A DNA stretch of 64,000 bases from Phoronis australis. Its lineage: Eukaryota > Animalia > Phoronida. The notes under the pieces were generated by a model that was not told the origin of the DNA, did not search any database, and worked only from the letters and a program-made list of their open reading frames with translations. The stretch's first letter is position 1; each line of letters starts with the position of its first letter. The position numbers and the translations under genes were made by a program. Location of the stretch: contig NMRA01000872.1 of assembly GCA_002633005.1 (NCBI GenBank), positions 38,475 through 102,474 on the forward strand, written 5' to 3'. Shown here in pieces: positions 1 through 23,207 of this stretch.

Positions 1-9295
<9,295 letters not shown>

Positions 9296-12200
9296 TTTTC
9301 GGAAATTGGTATCCGTATCTCGATTATTCTTAATGTCATCTCGAATAAATGATTACATGTTAACAGGAATTTACATTAGAAACAAAACCAGTTTCAGGGC
9401 GGTCTCGACCTTCTTTGACGTATTTCAAAACTGCTGTCGTAAAGAAATTTTTGATCAAGTACGCTGGTTTGAGGTTCTTTTATCTACCAGAGAAATTATT
9501 GCATTATTTAACACTTCAATGCCATGTAAACCTGGTTAAATTAACTGGACACATCGAGGAATAAAACTTTTGAGTTTCGCATTGTTTGGCTTCTGAAGTT
9601 CAATTACCAAATAAGCGTTTAGCAACTTCTTGAACCGTGGTAGATAATTGACACGTGAGTACGGAGGATGGAAAAAAGACTCAGGAAACGTTTAATAGCG
9701 AATTAGAATGATATCTAGATAATGTGTATTTCCTGTCCGGTCCACAAAAGTTGCTAATGTAGCTATTTGAGATAAACATCACACAGTACATGGCTGCGGA
9801 AAATTCTTTATGGCAGCTATATACCCGCGTTCCATCAAGGCGACAAAATTTGAGCTTTAAAGAAACTGATCTCCTTTTTATGATATAGAGGAGGAGAACT
9901 GTAACCCCAAAGGGACGTGAAAAGGAAAATATTTTACGACATACGCAGTCGTGGGAATGATTCGGCAACTAGACCCCAGTCACGAGTTTTCGATTTCTTT
10001 CATGCCACTCAAGGGCTCGTAGAAAAGTGAGTTTTGGTAGAGGAACAATTTATATTTCACGACTGCTTGGATTGGATTGTTCGGCTCCCTGACACTAGCT
10101 AACTTTTAGAGCTTGGTCTCAACCTATTCGAGCTATCAGTTATTCCTAATCCCTCCTTCAATTGGACTACGAAACATTATGAGATCATTTCCGAGTCGCG
10201 AAAAGGTCAGAAGTTGGTTTCAGTTAGTGAAATGCTGTTGGAATCAATTTTGAATACACTAATGTTATGTCGATATGAATAAATTGTTTGTTCTTGTAAA
10301 CCATTAATGTAAAAATCAGTAGCGAATGTTAGCATCTCTACATGCACGGGTTTCTTTATGTGCTTCCAAAAATCATCGTATTTTTGTCCCCGACAAGCTG
10401 GGTTAGCTTCCCAACTTAAAACACCGGAAATTTTGTACTGGTTCCTTAGAACTACACTGTGCAAAAGGTTCTGTAATGCGTCTATGCTCATTTCGAAACA
10501 CAGACTTGATTTCAAACTTACTTAATTTACATAATGGGGAGGCGAAAACTTTTTAAGAAAAACTTACACGCAAGTCCTGAAACCGCATGCTGATGTTTTC
10601 TGTTGATATCCGCTGAGGGGCCAGGCCTCCCCTTAGTCAAGCTACATATTTGGTTTTAAAAGCTAATTTCAAACCCTCTCTGAATAGTCTAAATTTCAAT
10701 AAATCCATCATATTTCAAAAATACCTTGTAGCCTTTCACAATCGTTGTTTCCAAGGGACTGATATTTACCTGGTCTGCTGGTGCACTATAATAAAAATAT
10801 TCAACAGTTGAGCAATTGGTAATACGGTAAGTTTTAATGACAACACCATGCGTCAAGTTGTTGGTGCATCAATCACGCTCTGTTTAGGTGTTCAATCAAG
10901 TGGTCGTGTGTTTTGTAAAGCAAAGTAATAGTTTCCCTGATTGTCATTGAAAAGTTTGACCTCTGAATCAGTTGATGAAGGCAATTAAGTCAAACGATTC
11001 GGACAAGCTGAACACGTCCGAGTAATATGCAAAGATCGCCTCGACTCCTGAACAGGTTTCCCACTTCTGCACGTTACTGTACTAGGGATTGCTAAAAGGT
11101 CCAAAAATTTCGTATCCATCATCCTTGTTCAAGTAGATTTGCAAGCCTGGTTAGCGACGTCTTGCGACCAAACTCCTATTCAACGCGTTGACTATTCGTC
11201 ATGTTCTATTGTATACATGTATGGTTATTGTCAGCACGTAGCGTCACATTACTCAGCACAGTCGAAACAAGGCCAGGGTGGAGCACATCTTAGAAATTGA
11301 CCTTGCACGCATGTACATTTTTTCTTCTGCAATTGAATTTTGATATTTGAGAGGACGCCGCTTTGATTTTATGAATTGCTTATAAATCGTCTTGAATAAG
11401 CAATTCTGCGCTTTCAATAAGAGCAGAAAGTTGATCTTTTAAGATCTACCCCACCGCGTGGAATAAATTAAACTAGGTGTAAATTAAGCAAAATGGCGCA
11501 TTGAATAAGCACATTTCGACGCTCAGAAAGGTATTGGTTTCAGAACCTTTTGACGCTTCCTACTTACAGTGGCGTACACGTCTTTGTATATTTACGAAAA
11601 TTCCAAAGTCAACTACGTATTTGTGTTCGTGTAACTAGCTACAAGTACGTGTACAGGAACATACACGTACATGTTTTTAAGCCGCAATTAGTAGTGTCAT
11701 ACATGTACATATACATGTAGATCTAACGTAGGCTTACGTCTTGAAGGATGTTGAAACCGCTCCTCTTCTGCTGTCGCGGCACTTTTCACGATCAGGCGCT
11801 GCTATTTCTTCGGCAAGGAATGTTTGTTTTCACAATTCAAAAGGATCAGATTTGCCAACATACAGGCAATAGAGTAAGCAGGCAACTAACTCCATTTTAA
11901 TTTTGACCTGGGGTATGTTCTGTCACTTCCGTCTTTTGTCTAGTATTGTTTCAACTGTTGGGGGAGGGAGTCTGATTATGTACTGCGAAGATCTATGTTA
12001 TCACAAGTGCACCAAACCATGCCAGTGGAGATATTAGATTGTCAAGTATCAAAGTTCTATCGTGGAACCTGTTAGCAGCGAGCTTGAGAGGCTTCGAAAT
12101 GCTTGAACATTTGGTGTAGGAATATTGGTCCTAAGGAATGTCGGCACCGGATTTACACAAAGGGTAATATTAGTCATGCGAAAGACCGTAAATATTCTAA

Positions 12201-13173
12201 TATCGTAGGAAAGTCAAACATGTAGAATTAAAAAAGTATAATGTGTGTGTCGTCAAATGGGTTTACTATCTACATTTGATTGAGAAATGTTTATAAATTT
12301 AGTCACAAAAATCACAGTTGAGAAAGCAAATCTATGTAACCCACTTCAGTTTAAATTTAAAAACAAACATTTTGTGTTGTAAATGGCCTTCAAAAACACT
12401 GGAAAGCTGAAGGTTTCCCCGAGTTTCAAACTGGCATCATGTAATGTGTAAATAAGTACTGCTTTGGACACCTCAATTTTGAGCTGGTGTTGGGATTAAA
12501 GAGGCAATGTGCAGCGCCACCTCTTACCACAATGTTGTAGTAAAAATTGATGCTTTTCAACATAACAATGTATAACTTAAAAGCCTAGGTGTTGTTTAAA
12601 AGCAAATACTTGAGAATGGGATTAGCCATACACAAAAATGAATTTGCTTAAACCCTCACATGATCATGGAATGATGAGACAGGAACCACGGCACACGGCC
12701 TATTGATATTGAAAGGCTTCCAGACTTTTCACTTTCACAAGTGATTAAACCGTTTCCTCAAACTGGAGATTGGTAACACCGACGGTGGGAGGGAGTTCAT
12801 TTATTCACAGATGTGCACATGCATTGTTGTCGTTTTCAAGCATCAGGTACCTTAGTCTTTCGAGAAAATAGTGCATGACGTCACGGGGTGATGGTGAGTG
12901 CCACCCATGGTCTGCTGTGTATGAGGGGTCCAGCTGTAACTGACCACATTTTCTATCCATCCACTGGTTGACATGCACTGCACTTTTGTTGATGTAAATA
13001 GTCTGTTTCAATTGTTTTGCTGCGTTGTTTATTGGTAACAATAGCAAGCAGGCTGGACATATCTGCGATTTGCAAGCCGTGGTGCATTTTGCCATTTTTT
13101 ATGAAAGCCACATGTGAACATTCCTGCACAGACCCTAGACCCAAACCACGTCATGACCGACTCTGATTCAGTG

Positions 13174-14396
13174 GTAGGCGCCTCATTAGGGATCGTTGTC
13201 AATGTTTTGAAGGTTTGCAAAAACAAGCACATTGATGGCTACTGTGGGAATCCGCCATATCCAGAGAGGGTCAAATTTAAGGGCGAACGCAGTTTCGGCA
13301 CGACCCACCCAGCCGTCTAGGAGCTGACTATTAAGGTGCGTTTTCGTCTGCATATCTTGTTTTCTTTCGGTACATGCTGCTTTACAATAATCTGCATTCC
13401 GTCGTATTGACATGACATCATTTTGTCGTATTGGGAAACCAGGAGAGTGTTCGGCAGATGTTCGGCTAGTTTCATACCAGAAAAGTACATGTAAGATGTC
13501 GCCAGAGCAAAATCACTCTTATTTTCCCCCAGTATGATTGGGAGTCTACCTGCCTATCCTAGAAAAATGAAGACACTGAAGTTAGGCAAGATTAGTGTGC
13601 TGAATTGCACGGCTGTTTTCACTATTTCCGTTCGACTCAAATGCAGCTGATATCTTGCGGTTTCTGGTACAGAGCCTAGAATTTTAGGAGCAGAACAGTT
13701 GGGAAATAGAATATTCGCATGTTTATTAGTTACACGGTAGACTCAAAATAACAATGGTAATGTTGCGCGGATTTGAATCGGGCGNGTAGGCGCCTCATTA
13801 GGTATCGCAGTCAATGTTTTGAAGGTTTGCAAAAACAAGCACATTGATGGCTACTGTGGGAATCCGCCATATCCAGAGAGGGTCAAATTTAAGGGCAAAC
13901 GGAGTTTCGGCACGACCCACCCAGCCGTCTAGGAGCTGACTATTAAGGTGCGTTTTCGTCTGCATATCTTGTTTTCTTTCGGTACATGCTGCTTTACAAT
14001 AATCTGCATTCCGTCGTATTAACATGACAACATTTTGTCGTGTTGGGAAACCAGGAGAGTGTTCGGCAGATGTTCGGCTAGTTTCATACCAGAAAAGTAC
14101 ATGTAAGATGTTGCCAGAGCAAAATCACTCTTATTTTCCCCCAGTATGATTGGGAGTCTACCTGCCTATCCTAGAAAAATGAAGACACTGAAGTTAGGCA
14201 AGATTAGTGTGCTGAATTGCACGGCTGTTTTCACTATTTCCGTTCGACTCAAATGCAGCTGATATCTTGCGGTTTCTGGTACAGAGCCTAGAATTTTAGG
14301 AGCAGAACAGTTGGGAAATAGAATATTCGCATGTTTATTAGTTACACGGTAGACTCAAAATAACAATGGTAATGTTGCGCGGATTTGAATCGGGCG
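13174..14396. repeat. ~611-bp direct tandem duplication across an N (probable assembly/haplotype overlap)
   Basis: 13174-13784 is near-identical to 13786-14396, and the two are separated only by the n at 13785. Confidence 0.9.
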
Positions 14397-15984
14397 GGTC
14401 GTCTACATGATGCAAAAGCACTCTGCATTTGCCCCAGTATTTGGATAGAATGGTCATATGCGTCTAATTAAAAAGACGGTCTTGAAATGCTCTGACCACA
14501 ATACATGGGCGGCCCACCATAGGGGGCTGGGGGGCTATAGCCCCACTTTTTTTCGGTGGTACGCCGCAAATAGCTGGTTGTCCACAGGGGTGCTGAGAGG
14601 GATTTAGCCCCACTCTTTTGAGTACTGCACCACCGTGTAATATACATACATTGTACGTGTATGGCTGAAGCAAAAGATTCTTAAGTTTAAAACACTGACA
14701 ATAGCTCTCTGTAAGCGTTTTGTGGAGTGAAGGTACCTATAGTTGCCTATATCTACAACGGCTTAACTGACTAAAACGGTGACGCTGATCGATAGAGATA
14801 ATGATAACCAGAAATTTATTAGAAGCTTGCCCGAAATGAAGTCGGGACACTGGTAGGCCTCCGAATACATTCTTTAATGACAAGTTAGGAAGCATTTATC
14901 CAGATGGCGAATTGATTTTTTGTCATAACACAAATGCACCATTGGCAAGAGAAAAAAACAGCGCCATCTTGTGTTGACCTGTCAGCTACAGCACGCAGGA
15001 ATTCCTCTGAGATTTGTAAGACCTACACTGTAAATATTGATATGCTTGTGTAGATGCAGGACGTCTCCCAAGTGTTTGCATTTAGGGTAAAACCTTAGAT
15101 TGGGCATGGTACTGTGATGCTTCAAGGCGGGTCGAATGGAAACCCGCATGTGGATGTAGGCCTAGGCTATTGGTCAAGGGCGATCAAGGGACACGGTACC
15201 CGCCGCTATCTTGGACCACTGGCTGAGTCTGTTGGTCATGCATTAGGCCTACGCGGTAATCATGTTTTCAACACGTTTATAAAAACTCTGATTTTTATTT
15301 ATTTCAAGCAGCGTATTGGAAGAGAGCAAAACATATTCACGTGTATTCATTAGAATCTAGCAAAATTCACAAATTCCGAAAATCGACAGAAAAAATTATT
15401 GACTGTAAAAAACGAGTCTATAATAATATAAGTAAAACAACCACCGACAAACTTTTAAAGTAAGATCTTACTATACTAATAACTTGGTCATAAAAGTTTT
15501 ACTTTCAGGTGACTGTCATTAATGCCACAGCCAGATTTAAGGGGGAAGGGGGCAGCAAAATCACGAAGAAAAATGAGTTTGTTAATTAACTCCGATAATT
15601 AACATTATACAGCCGAAGTGCACTGTAAGATTTGACAATGTGTGGAGTTTTAATAAGTGTGTGCCTGTGTGTGTGTTTCTGGGGAGCTCAGACTCGACAT
15701 CACTTGTCTAATCGAAGTCTCAGTGAATAATTAAGAAACTCATAATTCTCTCTATGTCAAACATTAAACATTAAGACGGTTTGCGAAGCAACGCGTGGTT
15801 GTTGCCGACACGATAATGAATTTGGTATTTTCGGCAACCTAAGACTGCTTCTTCAACACTTTTGCTACAAACTGGTTGCAGAAAATATAAAACATGCAAT
15901 AAACGTTACAGGAATGAACAGGTTTGCATGCGAACGGTTTGGACCATAAACAATTATGTCTCTTACTATTTGGGCTTAGTTGAA

Positions 15985-16110
15985 AGCGTGGTAGCACAAT
16001 GGAAGAGTGCGCGCTCTCAGATCCAGAAGTCGTCACTTGAAGTCCACCCAATTTATGAATTTCCCTTATTAAATCACAAGCGGCGATTACTATGTTAAAC
16101 GTTGAAACAA
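15985..16110 (+). mobile_element. Degenerate tRNA-derived SINE fragment
   Basis: A-box-like TAGCACAATGG at 15992, tRNA-like arm agagtgcgcgctctcagatccagaagtc, decayed B-box and an A-rich tail (gttaaacgttgaaacaa). Confidence 0.35.
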
Positions 16111-16310
16111 CCCTTACAAAAATGAACTTAAGTTTTCATCGAAAAACTTAAGTTTTTGGTCTGAAAAACGTAAGTTTTCATTCACGAAAACTCAAGTTTT
16201 CTGAAAAAGTTAAGTTTTTCGGAAGCACTTAAGTTATTTTCCAGAAACTTAAGTTTTTTTGTCCAAAACTTAATTTTTCAACGAAAAACTGAACTGCATT
16301 TTTGTAAGGG
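16111..16310. mobile_element. 200-bp MITE with CCC..GGG termini and internal palindromic subrepeats (CACTA/EnSpm-like non-autonomous element)
   Basis: Perfect 14-bp TIR cccttacaaaaatg / catttttgtaaggg flanked by aa on both sides. About 8 internal AAAACTTAAGTTTT-like units. Confidence 0.75.
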
Positions 16311-16954
16311 AAGAATGATAAATCACGTGATGGATCTATATGAGGATATTTACAACCCAAGTAGGGCCTAATTCGCGAGAGTCCTAGGACTACAGAACAG
16401 AGATTGACTAAGATTGTTTTTTTCCTGTCAGTAACCGTCAGTTGTAACCAATCAAATATTTGGGCATTTACCTTAATTACGCCTCGGAAACCAACGGATT
16501 TTGGAGAGTTGACCTTTGTGACCTTCGCAACTGTAATCCAAACTGTAATAGCAACGTATTTTCCTGAAAATTTAAACGTTTCTCTTTTGGTCCAAAATAA
16601 ATAACGAAACACCTTCATGTAGCATAGTATATTGTACCAATTTCAGTAAAATCTCACTTAAATGCAGGCAAATGAGTCCACGTTAACACTCTTTTTTCTG
16701 ACTTAATATCATGTACAGAGAGCCATTCTGTATGTTCTGCTTTGCTAAAGAACATGTATTCGAAAATATCTTGTCTCTAGCGAATAGCCAATTGTTCTTG
16801 CAAATACTACAAATGATTTGATGACCCACACACAGGTCCAAATACGCCACAGCATGGGCAGGCATTTAATCCAGGTCAAGGAAGACACACCCCAATATTA
16901 AGTTGCTTGCGTCAACGAAATGGTCCTACCATGTTTAAAAACCAGACACACCAG

Positions 16955-19900
16955 CTAAGCGAATTGTGTTCCGTTATATGCGTCATTGTATTGCCTGGGC
17001 GGCATGCACTTGGGCTGTGTTGACGTTCCATAGCGCTCGATGGATACTTTTTGGAAGTTATCTTTTGGCTCAACAAATACGGTATCTGAGGACGATGCAC
17101 TTGGGTCTTCGTCGAAGTAGTTGAAAGGATACAGAAAGAAATTTAGAGTCATGTATGGCGTTTGCGTCGACGGAGCGTCCTCTGAATGGGGAATATGGTG
17201 CGTAGCAAGCGATATCCAAGCCACGAGGTCCTCATCCACAATGTCTTCATTGTCTAAGATGAAATCTTCAAAGTTCACCACGGGGTTCCAAGGGTCGTTC
17301 TGCGTGTAAACAGAACTACTATCCCTCTCATGATCCTTGTGCTTCGTGACGGCGAGTTGATACTTTGTCCAGGCCGCCCCCTGCACACCAGGTGTGTCGT
17401 CGGGAAGGACAAACTTACCCATACCCACTGGCTTCAGACGGTAGGCACGCTTAGCTCCGTAACTGTTTACATTGTCTTTGCTGTAAAAGATGCAATACCT
17501 CGGTTTATCAAAATCATATTTGTAAGCAGCGTCTTTCTCTTTCGTTTTCAGAGATCTTTCCATCTTCATTTGTGTCTTCATTCGTCCGGCAAACCATGGG
17601 TTCGGTATTTTCTCCACCCCTATGTCAATGGTCTCGTAACGGTTAGAGCGACCCAAGATGTCAATGTCTGCCTTGAAGTGGAAGTTATGGATGTGCATGT
17701 TTCCTAACGCGGTAGTGAACAATCTGTGACCGTAAGGATCCTCTTCCGGTGTGTAAAATGTCGTTTCTGGATATCCAGTTGAGGCGGCTTTCACTTCCAC
17801 GGCACCGTTTAAATGGAAAATGTAGTCGAAGACGTAATCGTAGTTCCATACGGTGGCAGCCTGCCTCACCACAAGTTGGTAATCCGGCAGGCCTGCGTAA
17901 GATCTATACCCACCGTTGTAATCCGTTGAAAAGTGCCTTCTCAGAGGCATGTGGTTGTTAAGCTCGAAGACGCAAACAGACCTCCGGTTACGTTTTGGTG
18001 TGTGCGTGTTTACGAAGTAATCCATGTCTAAGTAAACTGCAGTTTCTGGACAGTCAACACCCTCCATCAGCTCGGCGGAGAGCTCACCTAGATTCCATGA
18101 CACATCGTAGTACATAGCGATTGTCTCAAAGACGTCGTAGCCCGCATAGATAACGAACGCTTCTTGGAAACTCAACTCGTAAGCGATGCGCTCACCTCGG
18201 AATCTCACGTCAAATAGTTGCAATCCTGAAGAAAACCGGGAACGAATATCGAAACTCCACCCCATATAGTCTATATGGCGGCCTGAGACTTTGAATCTCC
18301 TACCTTCAGGCTCATACATCCGGGGACCCATCTGGGGTTTTTCGGGCATGCTATGGGCAGATCGCTTTTTATAGGAATAGTACTTCGTGTCTTTGTCAAT
18401 AGGAATAGTCAGTTTCTTAGCCGATCCGTCGTTATACGCTGTCAACAATCCGTCTACACTCTCATACTTGACGTTGTTGTAATAGATGCTATCTACCTTC
18501 CAGTCTCCTTGCTTAGTTGACTTGTGATTTATTGTCATCATGAAACTAACTGGTCGAATATAGTACCCTTCAGATCGCACAAAGGCGATGTACAACGAAG
18601 TTCGTTGCCCACTTTCTATCAGGCGAGGAGCGAAGTCATAAAAATCAAGACAGTCGCTGGTTGCTGTGCAGTTATGGTGGCCGGCGCCAAAACTTTCTTT
18701 CAAAACCTGGGAAAAGAATCAAAATATTATATTTATAATTTTATACTGATCATTTGCTACATCCTGAACACACTCAAGCCAGAGGAATTTTGGAATAGAT
18801 AAAGAGCGTATTATAACAAGTTCTAAGCCTGCAGTTCAAATCATGAATTTGGAACTCGACTCGAAAATCAGGCGAATGCATGTCAAGTTTGGTGTAAACT
18901 TACAAATTTCCAAACGAATCGTACATCGCGATCAGTTAAATTTCAAGTCTCAGTGTTAGTCGCGTCTGTGTCCTGGAATTTGACCATGGGCCTGTTTAGA
19001 AAATAATGTTTTATTCTCGTCTCAGGCGATTTTGAATTGTCAAATCAACGTCATCGTGTTTAACCTTTGCTAGAATTGTGGTTAGAGAAAAGAAAGCTCC
19101 TGGAATTCACCTGACTGCCATGCTACTTCGGTAAAACTAACCCCCCTTACAAGTAAAATTCACGGACTTACATGTAGTTCAAACAATAACGAGACGAAGT
19201 AACTGACAGAGTTATTCAAGTGCCACCAGTGCCTCTCGTACTCCATCAATCACTTCCCCATATATTAAAAGGATGTAAAGCCATGTTTTGATGATTTCAG
19301 CCAATCATCGTTATGTCATCTGCTAAATGCATCACTGGTGTTAATCTTCCAACTTAATGGAAGAAATCAACTCAAAACTCGATCTCTCTTTGTCACAGAT
19401 TGGACAATATGGTCCTCGGTGGGTAGTCTTTTGCCGTGTAGGCGTAGGTCACGCTTGCCCATTCATTCGACTTTAATTGGAGTTTTCAAATTTTCCTCCC
19501 AGTGTCCTAGGGTTGTTGGTGGTTGGAGAGTATGTTTTGTTTCAGAGAACTTGACATGAAAGTCGTTTTTCGTATGTGTTAATAGGAATTCCCTTTTCAC
19601 TAATTAACTAACGAACACTCACTCAGTGGTCCACAAAGTCGTTCACTTATTAATTAGCTCGCTCGCTCTCTCCCTGGTCACCTTGCCTCTCGGTTCTATC
19701 ACTAGCTTCATTGCCCATCACTTGTTCATTTTTCACTCATTAATCCCCTCATTAACTACCTTAGTTAGCCACTCACTCACCAAAACTCACTCACGCAGTC
19801 ACTCACTTACTCACTTATGATCGCTCACTCATGATCATTCACCCACTGATAATCACTTACGTATGACCATTCACTCACTCATCGTAACGCCCTCACTCAC

Positions 19901-20636
19901 CCAGTTAATCTTTCAGTAACTCACTGATCCTCATTTATTGGCCATTCATTCGGTATGTTGCGGCCATTCATACAAGAAAGCAAAGCACGAGACGTTACTT
20001 CACACATTGTTCTGACTGTTAACAAACCTTGTACAATTTCTCTGAAATTTCTTTGATCATCATATTCAGGGAAGACACTTCTGCTGCGTCCATGAACTTC
20101 GATTCATAAGGAAGAGGGTCTCTCCTGTAGGAAGGGTTCTTGTATAATGTGTGCGTGTTTGGATTAGGCAAAGGGCCAACGATGTACTCCTCAAGACGAG
20201 GCGGAGAAAGATCACCCCGCACGACGATAACCAACGCCTCTCTTCTCGGCTTTGGACCATTGGAGTCGATGTAATTTAACACTTCCGACTTTTTTGGAAG
20301 ATGAAGGTCAATAGACGAGATGTAACCAGATGAAAGGTTTCTCGTTTGCTTGACAACATCAAATGGTAGCAGATTCAGCGCCTGGTTTATGTAGTCACGA
20401 ACTCTCACGAGCTCGTCGACGGTTAGATCATCAAAGGTGCTGGGGTTTTCAAGGTCACGAGGGATGGTCGGAATGTCGTGGCTGCAAGATGGACCTCCTT
20501 GCACGATTGGCTCTGCTGCTGAACTTGATTTCCCTTGGTGCGAAACAACGCCAAGGGCAATCGCCAACGCGACGGCAGTGATAACGGCAAATATGGCCAC
20601 TAGACGCCATATGACGTTTGCTCGTTCAGATGGCAT
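16955..20636 (-). CDS. Copper-containing amine oxidase (AOC1/AOC3-like), 786 aa, N-terminal signal anchor
   Basis: Coding exons 20636-20028 and 18706-16955 join in phase 0 (KLYK|VLKESF). Contains the TPQ motif TVWNYDY, copper ligands HIH and HHIPHSED, catalytic-base region YYDVSWNLG, and IAYELSFQE. Hydrophobic segment at residues ~8-31. A splice acceptor (ttttcag) 13 nt upstream of the ATG implies a non-coding first exon. Confidence 0.95.
19600..19930. repeat. Degenerate (CACT)n/(CATT)n simple repeat in the amine oxidase intron
   Basis: Recurrent cactcact/cattcact units. Confidence 0.7.
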
Positions 20637-21121
20637 GTTGTGAGAGTTTCTGAAAATTTAATATGAAAAATAGGTAATTGACAAGAAAAGGCGGTAGTCT
20701 CACTTTTTAACTTAAATTTTACTTGAATCCAATTCGTTTCACAATGCAACATTAAGGGAGTCACTGGACTGTCCTTGGTGGCAAGGGCGTGATTGAAATC
20801 TTACAGCAGTTAAATGAATAGAAGTCTAGACTTGGAAGGCAAAATCCTGCATGTGGCATATGTATCCCGTTGTTCCAGCTTGCGATCCCGAGATTTCACA
20901 TGATAGTCGGTACTGACTGTCAATTTCTGGTAGTCTGCTTGTCAACTGAGATTTGAACAAATGCTGTAGTTGACAGGTGTGCGATACGAATATTATGTAT
21001 GAAGTAAATTACTTATATTTTGCTTATTGTATTATCATACTCCATCAGGAGCTGATGAAAGGCTTTTAATGCTAATAAAGCAACTCTACACCGTTCCCAT
21101 TGCCCTAGTGTTAAAAATATA

Positions 21122-23207
21122 TTTTTTTTCGGTTAAGTATTTTTATTTTCTCTAGCATGGGTATTTACAATTTACACGACACAATAAAACAATACAGTAT
21201 ACAAGTACATTAGTTGCAACAAATTGTCATCAAGTATCACAATTTGGTATACAGAACAGAAATACAGATATGTAAGAAAAAAAAAATCAAGCCATTCTCA
21301 CCCTTAACATACACGCCACACGCAACCGCCCCCCCCCCAACCTACTCTTAGTAGGATGTTGTCAGGCAAAAGTTATGGTTAACCAGTTTCTCCAGGTTGC
21401 ATGGTATTCATCTAAATTACCATTATTTAATAAAATCCTTCTTTGAATATAAAATTCTCTTTCTAATATCTTAAGGAACTGACAGAAACTGGGGATTATT
21501 TTTTTACACCTGGATAGGTAAATAAAATGTTTTAATTGCAAAAGTATCCAATTTAAAACTTTATTTTCATTACTTATGGGCATCCCAAAAAACATTGTTT
21601 TTTTGTCAATAACCATATTTATACCTTTTACCAACAACACCCAAATGCGTAATTCTCCTATCAATGTTTTTACATTATTGCATTCGAAAAAGATGTGATC
21701 CACTGTTTCACTTTGTGAATGACAGAAAGTACATACATCAGAGTCCACCAGGTTAATTTTTCTAAGAAAAGAGTTGGTTACAAGTATTCTATGTAATAGT
21801 TTAAACTGCAGTGTACATAACTTGAAATCATAGGTAGTTTTAAAAGACATTGAATATAATTTTTTCCAGTCATCACTTCGAAAGTTATAACCTTCCTTTT
21901 GAAATTTTTTTTGGGCAATAGGCAAAATGTTGTTGTGGCAGACACTTTCATATATCATTTTACATATTGATGTGCAGTTTAAAAAATTACGGATATTAAA
22001 AGGTATTATTGGTCCATATATCTTAATTAACTGCATTTGTAATGGTGTTCTCCTCAGAAACGACCTAACAGACTCAATCAGAGAACAATATTCCAAAAAG
22101 TTTGTAGATATGTTCGAGATCTTTTTGAATTCAGTAAATGAGTAAAATCTATTATTTTCATCAAGTAGGTCATTAATAAAAAGAACACCACCACTAGCAT
22201 ACTTGCTAAAGAAGATAGATTTTCTGTCTATTAGTATTTCATCGTTATGCCATAAACTTGTTGAGAGTAAATCGTTCGCATCTTTATGGGGCTGTTTACT
22301 AATGAAAAAAGACCAGTTACTTAGAACTTCGTTCCAAAAAGGATTGATTACATCAGTATGGTATTTAATAAAAACATTTCCAAAATTTATAATATTTGAC
22401 TTTGCAATCCCTGTTTCAAGTTCAAACAATTTCACCCATTTTGATTCAGAATTAAGTAATCTCTTTATCCATGAAATTTTTATAGCCTTGTTAAAAAGAA
22501 TAATATTTAACATTTTAACTCCCCCTTCCTCATAAGTTTTGATTAACACATCTCTCTTCACTCTCTCAACTTTGTTATTCCAAATAAACTTAAAAATGCT
22601 TGCATTCAATTCATTCATAATAATGTCTGATGGAGTAGGCAGAGTTGTCATAATGTGAATAAGTTTTGGCACCATCAAGGTCTTCACCACCGTAACTTTC
22701 CCGAAAAAGGAGATTTTTCTTCTAGACCAAATTTTGATAAGATTATTGATTTCATCAATCCTCTCATTGTAGTTGATGTCAATCATTTTTTCTAGGTTAA
22801 CACTAAACTTGATACCTAGCATCTTAAATTCCGTCATGCCCCATTCCAACTTCCATCTTGCGTGATGGAAAACATCCTTGCAAAATTTTTTACTGCCCAA
22901 CCAAATAACATTAGTTTTGGAAAAATTTACTCTCAAACCAGACATATCTGCAAATCTACTCAAAACTTCCATAATAGCTTCCAAACTACGCCTTGAACCA
23001 TCTAAGAAAAACGTTGTGTCATCAGCATACTGAGTAAGTATAAATTCCTCATTTCCTATTTGAATGCCTTTAATTTCCCTATCTTGTTTCGTCATCATAG
23101 CTAATATTTCAGCACATAAAATAAAAACATACAGAGAAAGAGGATCACCTTGTCTACAGCCCCTGTGCAGAGTAAAACTTCTGGTCAGGAAACCGTTTTG
23201 AACAATG
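21122..23207 (-). mobile_element. 5'-truncated non-LTR retrotransposon (L1/Tx1 clade) ORF2 with 3' UTR and poly(A)
   Basis: Open frame from ~23207 to 21362: IVQNGFLTRSFTLHRGCRQGDPLS...TQYADDTTFFL (reverse transcriptase) and a C-terminal zinc-binding motif CTFCHSQSETVDHIFFEC. The 3' end reads AATAAAAATACTTAACCG(A)8 on the minus strand. No endonuclease domain and no clear TSD. Confidence 0.92.

Noticed and set aside
12805-13232. Overlapping minus-strand ORFs as a possible transposase or gene fragment
   Set aside because: No motif I can recognise. It cannot be supported without a database search.
13186-14025. Duplicated 75-aa ORFs (and the 66-aa pair at 35757/38130)
   Set aside because: Products of N-flanked duplications, with no recognisable domain or splice support.
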